A stretch of 64,000 bases of DNA. Origin: Bryobacterales bacterium. GTDB taxonomy: Bacteria > Acidobacteriota > Terriglobia > Bryobacterales > UBA6623. Shown one piece after another: positions 12,639-21,858 of this stretch (position 1 is the first letter of the stretch; every line of letters begins with the position of its first letter). The notes beneath the pieces are model-generated. The model ran no database searches and had not been told where the DNA came from. It saw nothing but the letters and a program-made list of their open reading frames with translations. A program made the translations under genes and the position numbers. Where the stretch lies: assembly GCA_963422375.2 (NCBI GenBank), contig OY729427.2, positions 704,001 to 768,000 on the forward strand, written 5' to 3'.

Positions 12639-12661
12639 TGTTATGATGGCAATGTTGCCAT
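12639..12661 (+). promoter_or_regulatory. extended -10 (TGtTATGAT) overlapped by palindrome ATGGCAA-TG-TTGCCAT ending in the start codon
   Basis: Seen directly; copy A has ATGGTAG-TG-CCACCAT (10919..10934) at the same position. Confidence 0.55.
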
Positions 12662-12866
12662 GGCCATCCCCAACACGCGGAAGTACTCGATCTACCACCC
12701 GGAAACGCGGGAGCGCGCGACGATCATGGCGGTGCTGCCGAAGGGCACGGACGTTGGCGCGTACCTGCAGGACGCAACCAAGCGATTCGACTGGAAGGCT
12801 TGGACGGACCAGAAGGCGTCCCTGAAGAAGGTTCGCGTAGGCCAGCAGAAGCAGCGAAAGCGCTAG
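12660..12866 (+). CDS. hypothetical small basic protein, 68 aa (copy B)
   Basis: Host-like codon usage, promoter-like motif immediately upstream, paralog at 10933..11139. Confidence 0.7.
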   Translation: MAIPNTRKYSIYHPETRERATIMAVLPKGTDVGAYLQDATKRFDWKAWTDQKASLKKVRVGQQKQRKR

Positions 12867-12951
12867 CCCGCCATCGCGTTGGGCACTGTGCCGGGCCGCC
12901 TGCAACCTTCGGCCGCCGCCACGCGCCAGTTGATCTAGGGGATTCCCTTAC

Positions 12952-14364
12952 ATGTGCCGCTTGAGTGCGCTCGCAGCGCTTTTTTCACTCCTGTCCGGTG
13001 CCGCCCCGCTCGCGGCCCAGCCGAGCGAGGCCACGAAGCGCCTGCTCGAACGCAACAAGATGTTCGTCCCGACCGTGACGAAGGTCGCGGATAACGTCTA
13101 CACGGCAATCGGCTACCAAGTCTCGGCGAACTCGATGATCGTCGGCGACGACGGCGTAGTCATCGTCGACCCCGGCCAGATGCCGGCGGCGGCCCGGAAG
13201 GTGAGCGCCGCGTTCGAAGAAATCAGCGCGCTGCCCGTCAAGGCGATAATCTACACGCACGGCCACGGAGATCACACCAACGGCGGTCCGGCATTCTACG
13301 AGGAAGGCAAGGACATCCAGGTCTGGGCGCGGCAGAACTTCGGCTCCGAAACCGCACTCGCTCGACGCAAGGGTCTCCAGCGACCGGGCGGGCTCCGCCC
13401 GTCCAACACGCAGGGGTTCGACCTGCTCCCGGAACAAAAGATAGGCATCGGCATCGCGATACCGCCCGCCACGCGGCCGGCAGGCAACATGATGCGCGAC
13501 GGCTCGGCCCGAGGGCAGGGGCAGCAACGGGGAGGCCCGCCCGGTCCGGCGCGCGTCGATCCCACGCACAGGTTCTCCGAGGCGCGCCGGACTCTCGAGA
13601 TCGCCGGACTCCGCCTCGAACTAGTCGCGGCTCCCGGCGAGACCGCCGACCAGCTGTATGTCTGGCTGCCCGAGCAGCGGGTGGTGTTCGCCGGGGACAA
13701 CTTCTACCAGTCATGGCCGAACGTCTATCCGCTCCGAGGCACGGCCAGGCGCTCGCTGCGCGACTGGATCGCCAGCATAGGCAAGATGGTCGACCAAGAT
13801 CCACTGCACGTGGTCGGTGGGCACACCGCACCGATCATCGGAAGCGCCAAGGAGGTCCTGACGAACTACCGCAACGCGATGCAGTGGGTGCTCGACCGCA
13901 CGCTCGAAGGACTGGGGCAGTTCATGACGCCCGACGAGCTAGTCGAGCACGCGCGGCTGCCCGAGCGCTTCGCCGGTCTCGACTACCTCGCCGACTACTA
14001 CGGCACCGTGGAGGGCACCGTACGCGACCTTTACGCCCAGGACCTAGGCTGGTTCGACGGAGATCCGCTGAGCCTGCACCGCGAGAGCCCGCGCAAGCAG
14101 TCCGAACGCATGGCGGATCTCGCCGGCGGCACGGACGTGCTGATTGCGAAGGCGAAGTCGGCGATGCAGCAGGACGACCCACTCGGGGCGGCGCAGCTGC
14201 TCGGCCACGTGCTCCGGCTCCGGCCGCAGGACCGCGAGGCCAAACTCCTGATGGCGGACGCGCTGGCAGTCGTCGGCGAGCGAACCTTCAACGGCCCCGT
14301 GCGGAACTACACCATCTCTTCCTCGAACCGCTACCGTCGCGAGGCCGAGGGGAGCCGCCAGTAG
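12952..14364 (+). CDS. alkyl/aryl-sulfatase (SdsA/BDS1-like, metallo-beta-lactamase fold)
   Basis: Signal peptide, THGHGDH, APGET, PNVYPLRG and dimerisation-domain GWFDG motifs. Confidence 0.88.
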   Translation: MCRLSALAALFSLLSGAAPLAAQPSEATKRLLERNKMFVPTVTKVADNVYTAIGYQVSANSMIVGDDGVVIVDPGQMPAAARKVSAAFEEISALPVKAIIYTHGHGDHTNGGPAFYEEGKDIQVWARQNFGSETALARRKGLQRPGGLRPSNTQGFDLLPEQKIGIGIAIPPATRPAGNMMRDGSARGQGQQRGGPPGPARVDPTHRFSEARRTLEIAGLRLELVAAPGETADQLYVWLPEQRVVFAGDNFYQSWPNVYPLRGTARRSLRDWIASIGKMVDQDPLHVVGGHTAPIIGSAKEVLTNYRNAMQWVLDRTLEGLGQFMTPDELVEHARLPERFAGLDYLADYYGTVEGTVRDLYAQDLGWFDGDPLSLHRESPRKQSERMADLAGGTDVLIAKAKSAMQQDDPLGAAQLLGHVLRLRPQDREAKLLMADALAVVGERTFNGPVRNYTISSSNRYRREAEGSRQ

Positions 14365-14371
14365 CGCGACG

Positions 14372-15670
14372 CTACAGGCTCGCACGCAGGACGCGCAGGG
14401 CTTCGACAGCGGCGGTCGCAACATCCTTGTTGTCGTCGTCGCAGAGCTCTTCCAGGTACGGGAGGCTCTCCTCGGTGCCGCTCTGCGAAACTACGAAGGC
14501 AAGGTGTCGCCGCTGCGGCGCGCTGCCGGTCGACATCGGCACGTACAGCTGCTGCAGCACCTCGGGATTGCGAGCCGCCTCGACAATCAGCGGCCTCGCC
14601 TCGAGGCGATGTACCCTCGATCCGAGGCCGTCGACAAGGACCGCCAGCTTCACGTGATCGCCGAGCATGACCGCAGCGAAAGCGATGGACAGCCGCGCCC
14701 TTAGCGCCTTCTCCGACGCCAGCAGCTGCGCTAGGACTTCCAAGTCGTCCGAAGTGCCGATGCGCCCGAGCCCCTCGGCCGCGGCAGCCCGCAGTGCGCC
14801 GTCCTTGTGCCGGAAAAAGCTGATGAACAGTTCGCGCTGACCGTTGTCGGGAATCTTCGCCAAGGCGATAAGAGCCGCCTCCCGAATACGGTCCCTGTTG
14901 GTTTCATGGATGATCCGCACCAACTCGTCCACGGCCTCGGACGTACGCAACTGCCCGACCGTCTGGATGACCGCTTGCTGCAGCACCGGATCCAAGTCAC
15001 GCAGCAGGAAGACCAAGTGCCGACCGACCGACGGGTCCTCGATCTTCTTGAGTGCGACCACGCTCTCGAAGATGACCGACGGGCTGCGCGACCGCACTCC
15101 GACGAGCAGCGCCTCCACGGCCTCGTGACCCTTGACGATACCGATGGCCCTCGCGGCGTTGGCCCGGGCCTGCTCGCTACGACCATGCACGAGGACCTCC
15201 GCGAACGCGTTGATCACCTCGGAGCGGACCCTCACGTACGCCGGGACCGTCAGCGGCGTGGGCTTCGAGAAGCGCCCCTTGAGGGCCGACGCGAAGGACT
15301 GCACCGAATCCATTCGACCGAGGTTCGCGTATTCCGGGACGTAGAAGTCCACCAGCCCGTCGACCGCCAGCGCCTGCACGCGCGGCGAGAGGTCCGCGGT
15401 CGCTTCAATTAGGTATGGCTGCGCCTCGATCAAGCGCATCTTGATAAGCGCCACCACGACCGCCCCTCGCACCTCCTCGATCTCGTCCTGCACGAGCGGC
15501 GCGAGCAGCGCGACCTCAGACGGCCCGCCCGGCATCTCGCCGAGCTTCCGAACGGCCTGCACGCGCTTGTTCAGGTCAGGGTCGGACAGGGCCGCGTTCG
15601 AGCTCTCCTGAGCGAATGCCGCCGCGACAGCGGCCAAAGCGCTCGCCAGGATTCCTAGCCAACAGCGCAT
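14372..15670 (-). CDS. secreted HEAT-repeat protein
   Basis: GAGGAG RBS before ATG 15670, signal peptide, repeated helical motifs (ANAARAIG, AAAAEGLGRIG). Confidence 0.8.
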   Translation of the reverse strand: MRCWLGILASALAAVAAAFAQESSNAALSDPDLNKRVQAVRKLGEMPGGPSEVALLAPLVQDEIEEVRGAVVVALIKMRLIEAQPYLIEATADLSPRVQALAVDGLVDFYVPEYANLGRMDSVQSFASALKGRFSKPTPLTVPAYVRVRSEVINAFAEVLVHGRSEQARANAARAIGIVKGHEAVEALLVGVRSRSPSVIFESVVALKKIEDPSVGRHLVFLLRDLDPVLQQAVIQTVGQLRTSEAVDELVRIIHETNRDRIREAALIALAKIPDNGQRELFISFFRHKDGALRAAAAEGLGRIGTSDDLEVLAQLLASEKALRARLSIAFAAVMLGDHVKLAVLVDGLGSRVHRLEARPLIVEAARNPEVLQQLYVPMSTGSAPQRRHLAFVVSQSGTEESLPYLEELCDDDNKDVATAAVEALRVLRASL

Positions 15671-15714
15671 CGTTCTCCTCGTGCTCATCACGCCGAGCGG
15701 CAACGGACAACGCT

Positions 15715-16551
15715 CTAGACGCATTCCAGCCGGACTCTCAGCGGGACCACGCCGGCACGGTGCCCTAGGTCAAGCAGCCGCTGCCCCGCTTCCAGCACTT
15801 TCGGCGACATTTCCGTCGTATGGCCGTTCACGTACATGCCGACAAATCGGTCCGCGAGCCCGGCCTGCAGTCCGCGCGAGAACTGCAGGGCGTACTCAAG
15901 CGCCTCCGCCCGGTGATCCAGCGAGTACCGGATCGTCTCGGACAGCTTGCGCCGGGCCTCTTCCTGGACATTTCCCGGCAAGCCGCGCCGGATGCAGTTG
16001 CAGCCGAGCGGCAGCGGGAGGCCCTGGGTGCGCTGCCACCACTCGCCGAGATCCACTACGCTGCGCAAGCCCGCATCAGCATACGTGAGCTGCCCCTCGT
16101 GGATTACCACGCCCGCGTCGGCCTCGCCGTTCCCCACGGCATCCAGGATCCTGTCGAAATCGCGGACGACTGGATCGATGCGAGGCTCGTAGAGCTTGAG
16201 CGCCAAGTACGCCGTCGTGAGCAGCCCGGGAACGGCCACGCGCTTGCCGGCCAGATCGCCCGGACCCAAGTCGCGCGAGGCGACCACGATCGGGCCGTAG
16301 CCGTCACCCACGCTCGAGCCCGCCGCCGTCAGCACGTACTTGTCTGCAACGTAGGGATAGGCGTGATAGGAGATCGCCGTCATGTCGTACCGGCCCGCGC
16401 GCGCGTCTTGGTTGAGGGACTGGATGTCCTTCAAGACATGCTTGAACGCGAGCAGGTCCGACTCGATCCTCCCAGTCGCCAGCGCGTAGAACATGAACGC
16501 GTCGTCCGCGTCCGGGCTGTGGGCGATCGTGAATTCGCGCCTGTCCGCCAT
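15715..16551 (-). CDS. mqnD: 1,4-dihydroxy-6-naphthoate synthase (MqnA/MqnD family)
   Basis: HSPDADDAFMFYAL, GYGP, IHEGQLTY, DLGEWW, PLPLG and MYVN motifs. Confidence 0.85.
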   Translation of the reverse strand: MADRREFTIAHSPDADDAFMFYALATGRIESDLLAFKHVLKDIQSLNQDARAGRYDMTAISYHAYPYVADKYVLTAAGSSVGDGYGPIVVASRDLGPGDLAGKRVAVPGLLTTAYLALKLYEPRIDPVVRDFDRILDAVGNGEADAGVVIHEGQLTYADAGLRSVVDLGEWWQRTQGLPLPLGCNCIRRGLPGNVQEEARRKLSETIRYSLDHRAEALEYALQFSRGLQAGLADRFVGMYVNGHTTEMSPKVLEAGQRLLDLGHRAGVVPLRVRLECV

Positions 16552-16599
16552 AGTGACTGCTAGACTCAGGTTACCAGACGCCCGGCCGTCTGGAGCTTC

Positions 16600-16959
16600 G
16601 TGGATCCGAAGGCGAGCAAGCGCGTGCTGGCCGCTATTCCGGACTTGTTTTTCGGGTCGAAGGTGGCCGCGGCCGCCGGGCGACTGGGGATCCGGGTGGA
16701 ATTCGCGACTTCCCGGCAGGCGTTGGCCGAGGGCATCCGGTCGCGCCCCGACCTCGTCGTCATCGACTTGGACGCCCCGACCACCGAACGCATCGAAGCC
16801 ATCAGGGCGGCCTGCTCTCGCGGGAACGTGCGATTGGTGGCCTTCGCCAGCCACGTGCATGGCGCACGGCTGGACGAGGCTCGGGATTCGGGCTGCGAAG
16901 AAGTCCTCACGAGGGCGAAGCTCGCGTCGACCCTTCCCGCGCTGCTTGCATCGCTCTAG
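16600..16959 (+). CDS. stand-alone response-regulator receiver-like protein
   Basis: GTG start; DLFFGSK, PDLVVIDLD and AFASHV segments resemble a receiver fold. Confidence 0.65.
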   Translation: MDPKASKRVLAAIPDLFFGSKVAAAAGRLGIRVEFATSRQALAEGIRSRPDLVVIDLDAPTTERIEAIRAACSRGNVRLVAFASHVHGARLDEARDSGCEEVLTRAKLASTLPALLASL

Positions 16960-16996
16960 CCCGCAGGGCCGAGCGGATCTCCCCAAGGGTCCGGCC

Positions 16997-18250
16997 TCAG
17001 GTCGGGACCGGGGTGATCGGAATCGCCGTCCGCGAGCCCTCCACGGCAACGATGCCCGTGGGCGAGACGTGGTGCCGCTTCCGGTCGGCCTCCTCGTCGT
17101 ACCCGATCCGGGCTCCGGCCGGGATGCGGGAGTTCTTGTCGACGATAGCCCTGCGGATTCGCGCGCCGGCACCGATATGGCAGCGCGCCATCACTATCGA
17201 GTCCTCGACCACCGCCCCCGATTCGGTGAAGACGCCGCGGCCCAGCACGGAGCGGGTCACTTGCGAACCGTGCAGCACGCAGCCTTCCGAGACGACGGAG
17301 TCGATCGCCTCGCCGTGGCGGCCATCCGGGTCGGTGCAGTAGCGCGAGGGCGCGGAGGGGTATTCCGCCGTGCGCAGCGGCCAGTCCGGGTTGTGCAGGT
17401 TGAGGGCGGGCCGGATGGACCGCAAGTCCATGTTGGCGTCGTAGTACGCCTCGATCGTGCCGACGTCCCGCCAGTAGCCGTGGTTCTCGGGCCGCTCGCC
17501 CGGCACCTTGTTGGTCAGGTAATCGTAGGCGTAAATCGGCATTTCGTCGATCATCTCGGGCAGCATGTTCCGCCCGAAGTCGTGCTGGCTGTCGAGCCGC
17601 GCCGCGTCGCGCCTGAGCTCGCTCACCAGCATCACGGGATCGAAGATGTAGTTCCCCATCGACGCGAAGCACCACCCGGGCCGGCCGGGAATCTCGGGAG
17701 GGTCGGGCACTTTCTCGCAGAATTGCACGATGCGCCAGTCGCGATCGACTTCAATCGTGCCGAACCGGCCAGCCTGGCTGACCGGAATCGGCAGCGCCGC
17801 GACGGTCCCCTTGGCGCCCTTGTCGCGGTGGTAGGCGATCATCTGCCGCACATCCATGTAATAGATGTGATCCGCTCCGAAGACCGCGACCATCTCGGGC
17901 TGCGACAGCTCGACCAGGTGGATGTTCTGGTGGATCGCGTCCGACGTGCCTTGATACCACCTCTCGCCCTTGCGCATCTGCGCCGGCACCGGGATGATGA
18001 ATTGGCTCGTGAGCAGCTCCGAGAATTGCCACGCGTTGCGCAGGTGCTGCAGGAGGGACTGGCTCTTGAACTGGGTGAGAACGTAGACCGAGTAGATGCC
18101 GGAATTGACGAAGTTGCTCAGGACGAAGTCGACGATGCGGTATTTCCCGCCGAAGGGCACCGCCGGCTTGCTGCGCTCCTTGGTCAGCGGATACAGGCGC
18201 GTGCCCTTGCCGCCAGCCAGGATGAGACCGAGGATCCTCGCGTTCTGCAT
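16997..18250 (-). CDS. glgC: glucose-1-phosphate adenylyltransferase
   Basis: ILAGGKGTRLYPLT, KPAVPFGGKYR, ASMGNY, DFG and YWRDVGT motifs. Confidence 0.96.
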   Translation of the reverse strand: MQNARILGLILAGGKGTRLYPLTKERSKPAVPFGGKYRIVDFVLSNFVNSGIYSVYVLTQFKSQSLLQHLRNAWQFSELLTSQFIIPVPAQMRKGERWYQGTSDAIHQNIHLVELSQPEMVAVFGADHIYYMDVRQMIAYHRDKGAKGTVAALPIPVSQAGRFGTIEVDRDWRIVQFCEKVPDPPEIPGRPGWCFASMGNYIFDPVMLVSELRRDAARLDSQHDFGRNMLPEMIDEMPIYAYDYLTNKVPGERPENHGYWRDVGTIEAYYDANMDLRSIRPALNLHNPDWPLRTAEYPSAPSRYCTDPDGRHGEAIDSVVSEGCVLHGSQVTRSVLGRGVFTESGAVVEDSIVMARCHIGAGARIRRAIVDKNSRIPAGARIGYDEEADRKRHHVSPTGIVAVEGSRTAIPITPVPT

Positions 18251-18292
18251 GAGACTATTTCTCAGTCGCGCCGGACCCGCGTCTTGGCGCGC

Positions 18293-19006
18293 CTACGCTG
18301 CGCGCTCCAAGCGGCCGTCCACGAGCTCCGCTCGCTGCGGAAAGCGCGCCGCCAGTTCCGCGCTGTGCGTCACCGCAACCAGCGCGACCTCCCGCTCGCA
18401 CTGCAGTTCTAGCAGCAGGCTCCCGACCATCGCCGCGCTGCGACGGTCCAAGTTCCCGGTGGGCTCGTCGGCCAGCACGACCGGCGGGCCGTTGATCAGG
18501 GCGCGGGCGATCGCCACCCTCTGCCGCTCGCCGCCCGAGAGCTCGGAGGGCCGTTGGTCCATGCGATCAGACAGCCCCACGCGGTCCAAGAGTTCCTTTG
18601 CGCGCAGCGCGTCGCCCTCGGTCGACCCGCCGGACGCCAGCGTCGGTACGAGCACGTTCTCCAAGCTCGTGCATTGCGGGAGCAAGTGATGGTCCTGGAA
18701 CACGAAGCCGACGCTAAGGTTGCGAAACCGGGCCAGCGCGGCGCTACCGAGGGAGAAGGGATCCTGCCCGCAGACCTCGACGCTGCCAGAGGTTGGCCGC
18801 TCGAGGGATCCGAGGATGTACAGCAGCGTGCTCTTGCCGGAACCCGACGGGCCCATCACTGCCAGCGCCTCCCCGCGGGACAGGAAGAGAGAAAGGCCGT
18901 CCAGCACCACCAACTCGCCCGCCGGGTGCGGGTAGGTCTTGCGCAGTGCGCGGGCAGCCAAGTCGGCAGGCATCTCGGCGGGGACGGCGTCGCGCCTCCG
19001 CTCCAT
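18293..19006 (-). CDS. ABC transporter ATP-binding protein (LolD/MacB-like)
   Basis: [25 protein letters not shown] and VTH motifs. Confidence 0.9.
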   Translation of the reverse strand: MERRRDAVPAEMPADLAARALRKTYPHPAGELVVLDGLSLFLSRGEALAVMGPSGSGKSTLLYILGSLERPTSGSVEVCGQDPFSLGSAALARFRNLSVGFVFQDHHLLPQCTSLENVLVPTLASGGSTEGDALRAKELLDRVGLSDRMDQRPSELSGGERQRVAIARALINGPPVVLADEPTGNLDRRSAAMVGSLLLELQCEREVALVAVTHSAELAARFPQRAELVDGRLERAA

Positions 19007-19161
19007 TGTTTCACAGGCGCCCGGCCTTGCTAGAATCGCGCCATTGGCGTGCCCGCGAGCATCCCGGCGCCGCGGTCGCCTGCACAGGTCTGCGCCAACA
19101 CGGGCCCTCGCGCCCTGCTTCTGACCCGCGCGGCACCCTGCGGCCGCGCTAGGAATCCACC

Positions 19162-21858
19162 GTGCTTCTGATCGGCCCGCCCGGCAGCGGCAAGACGACG
19201 CGGCTCCTCGCGAAGGTCGAGAGGGCCATTTGCTCCGGCCGGAGCGCAGAAGTTCAACTCCTCGTGCCGACGGGAAGCATGAAGCACCATCTCCTCAACG
19301 TCCTCGCTCGCAAGAGTCTCATGGTGCCCGCACGCGTGGTTTCGACGATGTCCGAATTCGTGCAGGCGACGACCCCCGACAGGAGGGAAGCTCGCGAGGC
19401 CGCCGAGGAACGCCTGCTAAGAGCGGCCATCGCGGGCACGGAGTTCGGACAGCACGCCGGTTCGTCCGGCCTGCGCCGACGCGTTCTCGGCTTGGTGCAG
19501 GAGTTCTGGGCGGCGGGGGCCGACAGCCTCCAGCTAGAGCCCGCGGCCCGCACTCGCCGACAGCGGGCGTTCGTCGAGGTGTTCGGGAAGTACGAGACTG
19601 CCCTCCGGGAGTCGGGGCTTGTCCATCGCAACGAGCGCATCGCCGTAGCGGCGGCCAAGGTCCGGCGCGAAGGGCTCGGAGAGATCAGGCAGGTGCTGGT
19701 AGACGGCTTCGACCGGTTCACCAAGCAGCAGGAGGAACTGCTCGCCGCGCTCGACGAGCAGGCGGAAGAGTTTTGTGTCGCGATGCCGGAAGGCCTGCGT
19801 AGCTACCCCCTCGCGACGCTCCCGCAGGACCTGCTCCCGCCCCGGCCGGGCCCCGGCGCCGAGACGGAGGTCGTGCGCGCCGACTCGCCCAAGGAGGAGA
19901 TCCTGGAAGTCGCCAGACGCATCCTCGCCAGCAAGCGCCCCTTGCGCGACCACGCCCTGATCCTGCGGACACCGGAGCATTACGCGACGATCATTCAGGA
20001 GGTCTTCGAGGCGCTCCGCATTCCCTACCGGTTCTGGGGCGGTGCGGCGCTGGCCGACCACGGCGTGGCCCGGCACTTCTCGAACTGGCTCCGCGCTGTC
20101 AAGGAGGGATTTCCGGGCGAGGCCACCCTCGCGGCCCTTGTCTCGCCGCTGACCCCCCGCCGCTGGAGTCGCCGCTTGGACGAGTTCGATTTCCACGTGC
20201 GCCAGCGCTTGCCGAACGCAGGCCTGGCCTTCATGCGCGACGCAGCGCGGGAATTCCCCGCGCAGCTCGAGATGCTGTCAGCGCTGCGGGACTGCGAGCA
20301 GTGGACTGAGCGCCGCCTGAAGGCGGGGGCGTGGGCGAGCGAGTTCAGCCGGCTCCAAGCGCTCGTGCAGCAGATCGACCCGCCGGTCGACGCGAGTTCC
20401 TTCCAGCGCACCTGCGATTGGCGCACGGCGGTCGCCGCCGGAAAGGCGCTCCGGCACGCCTTCGACGACGCTGCGGGGCTTCCCGACCTCTCGGACGGGG
20501 AGATCGGCTTCGGAGAGTTCGCCGAGGCGTTCGAGGACGAGCTGCGGGCTGCGAAGCTGCCGGTCCGGGACCTTCGCTACGACGTCGTGCATGTCCTGCC
20601 GGTCTGGGAATCGCGCCAGTGGTCGATGCCGGTGGCGTTCGTGTGCGGCCTGGCCGAGGGCTGGTTCCCGCGGCACTTCCCGCAGGATCCCTTGTTCGAC
20701 GACGAGGACCGCAAGCAACTGCAGGCCAGGGGCATCGACGTCCGGACCTCGGTCGACCGGGCGGAAGAGGAGAGATTCCTCCTGCGGATCGCGACTACCC
20801 GGGCCACCGAGCGGCTCGTGCCGAGCTACCCGCTGAGCGACAGCCTCGGGAAGCCGCTGGTCCGGTCGGCCCTGCTGGGCGACGCGCTCGAGCCTAAGCC
20901 CGCGCCGTGGGCGCGGATAGGTGCCGAGCTCGCCCCGCGGCCGGCGACCGCGCACCAGGCGCTCCCTCCGGACTTGCGGGATGCCGTGGCCGCATCCAAC
21001 CGGACATTCAGCGCTTCGGGGATCCAGCGGTACCGCCAGTGTCCGTACCTGTACTTCTCGGGCACCACGTTGAGGCTGCATGGACGCCCAGCTCTCCCCG
21101 AGCAGAGACTGGACGGCGCGGCCCTCGGCACGATCATGCACGATGCCCTAGAGGCTTGGAACCGGCGGAAGTCCGATATTGCCGGCGTTCTCGACGACGT
21201 ATTCCGGGACTGGCTGGCGCGGAATCATTTGGAGCCGTCCTTCCGGACGGAGAGCCGCCGGCTGGCCCTGCGAGCGGACCTGCTGCGCTTCGCCCGCGAG
21301 CAAGGAGCGGCCATGAGCCTCCCAAGGGGCCCCCATGCCTTGTTCGAGGATGTTCGCAGCTACCGCGTCGAGGAGATCGAGTCCCGGCCCAAGGTGCGCT
21401 GCCGAATCGACCGCATCGACATCGACGACGAGCGCCGGTGCGTCGTGACGGACTACAAGTACGCCGGACCCAACCGCATTCAGGCACTGCTGAAGCAGCA
21501 TCTCACGGGAGAGCAGCTGCAGTTGATGATCTACCTCGCGGCACTGGAACAGAGCCTGAGCTGCAAGCCGTCCGGCATGGCCTTGTGCGGAATGCGTGGC
21601 GAGACCAGCCACGCGGGCGTGTCCGTGGACGGGGCCGCGGGCCTGCGCCCTCTGGGCCAGGAGGACCTGCACTCCCTGCTCGCAACCGCCCGCTCGGAAA
21701 CGGCCCAGGCGGTCGAGGGGATCCTGCGAGGTCAGATCGCTGTCCTGCCGAGGGACAGCAATTTCTGCGGTCAGTTCTGCTCGTTCGGCAGCATGTGCCG
21801 CGTGCGGTGGCAAGGTTCCGCCGCGATCGCGCCCGAGGCCGAGCCTGCGGCGTCATGA
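19162..21858 (+). CDS. addB: AddB-like subunit with C-terminal PD-(D/E)XK nuclease
   Basis: GPPGSGKT, degenerate helicase body, RIDRID...DYK...QL nuclease motif, four-Cys set. Confidence 0.8.
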   Translation: MLLIGPPGSGKTTRLLAKVERAICSGRSAEVQLLVPTGSMKHHLLNVLARKSLMVPARVVSTMSEFVQATTPDRREAREAAEERLLRAAIAGTEFGQHAGSSGLRRRVLGLVQEFWAAGADSLQLEPAARTRRQRAFVEVFGKYETALRESGLVHRNERIAVAAAKVRREGLGEIRQVLVDGFDRFTKQQEELLAALDEQAEEFCVAMPEGLRSYPLATLPQDLLPPRPGPGAETEVVRADSPKEEILEVARRILASKRPLRDHALILRTPEHYATIIQEVFEALRIPYRFWGGAALADHGVARHFSNWLRAVKEGFPGEATLAALVSPLTPRRWSRRLDEFDFHVRQRLPNAGLAFMRDAAREFPAQLEMLSALRDCEQWTERRLKAGAWASEFSRLQALVQQIDPPVDASSFQRTCDWRTAVAAGKALRHAFDDAAGLPDLSDGEIGFGEFAEAFEDELRAAKLPVRDLRYDVVHVLPVWESRQWSMPVAFVCGLAEGWFPRHFPQDPLFDDEDRKQLQARGIDVRTSVDRAEEERFLLRIATTRATERLVPSYPLSDSLGKPLVRSALLGDALEPKPAPWARIGAELAPRPATAHQALPPDLRDAVAASNRTFSASGIQRYRQCPYLYFSGTTLRLHGRPALPEQRLDGAALGTIMHDALEAWNRRKSDIAGVLDDVFRDWLARNHLEPSFRTESRRLALRADLLRFAREQGAAMSLPRGPHALFEDVRSYRVEEIESRPKVRCRIDRIDIDDERRCVVTDYKYAGPNRIQALLKQHLTGEQLQLMIYLAALEQSLSCKPSGMALCGMRGETSHAGVSVDGAAGLRPLGQEDLHSLLATARSETAQAVEGILRGQIAVLPRDSNFCGQFCSFGSMCRVRWQGSAAIAPEAEPAAS

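Larger units (their letters stand above)
12357..12895. repeat. diverged direct repeat module, copy B
   Basis: Homologous to 10703..11168, with about 75 extra bp near 12484-12558. Confidence 0.9.
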
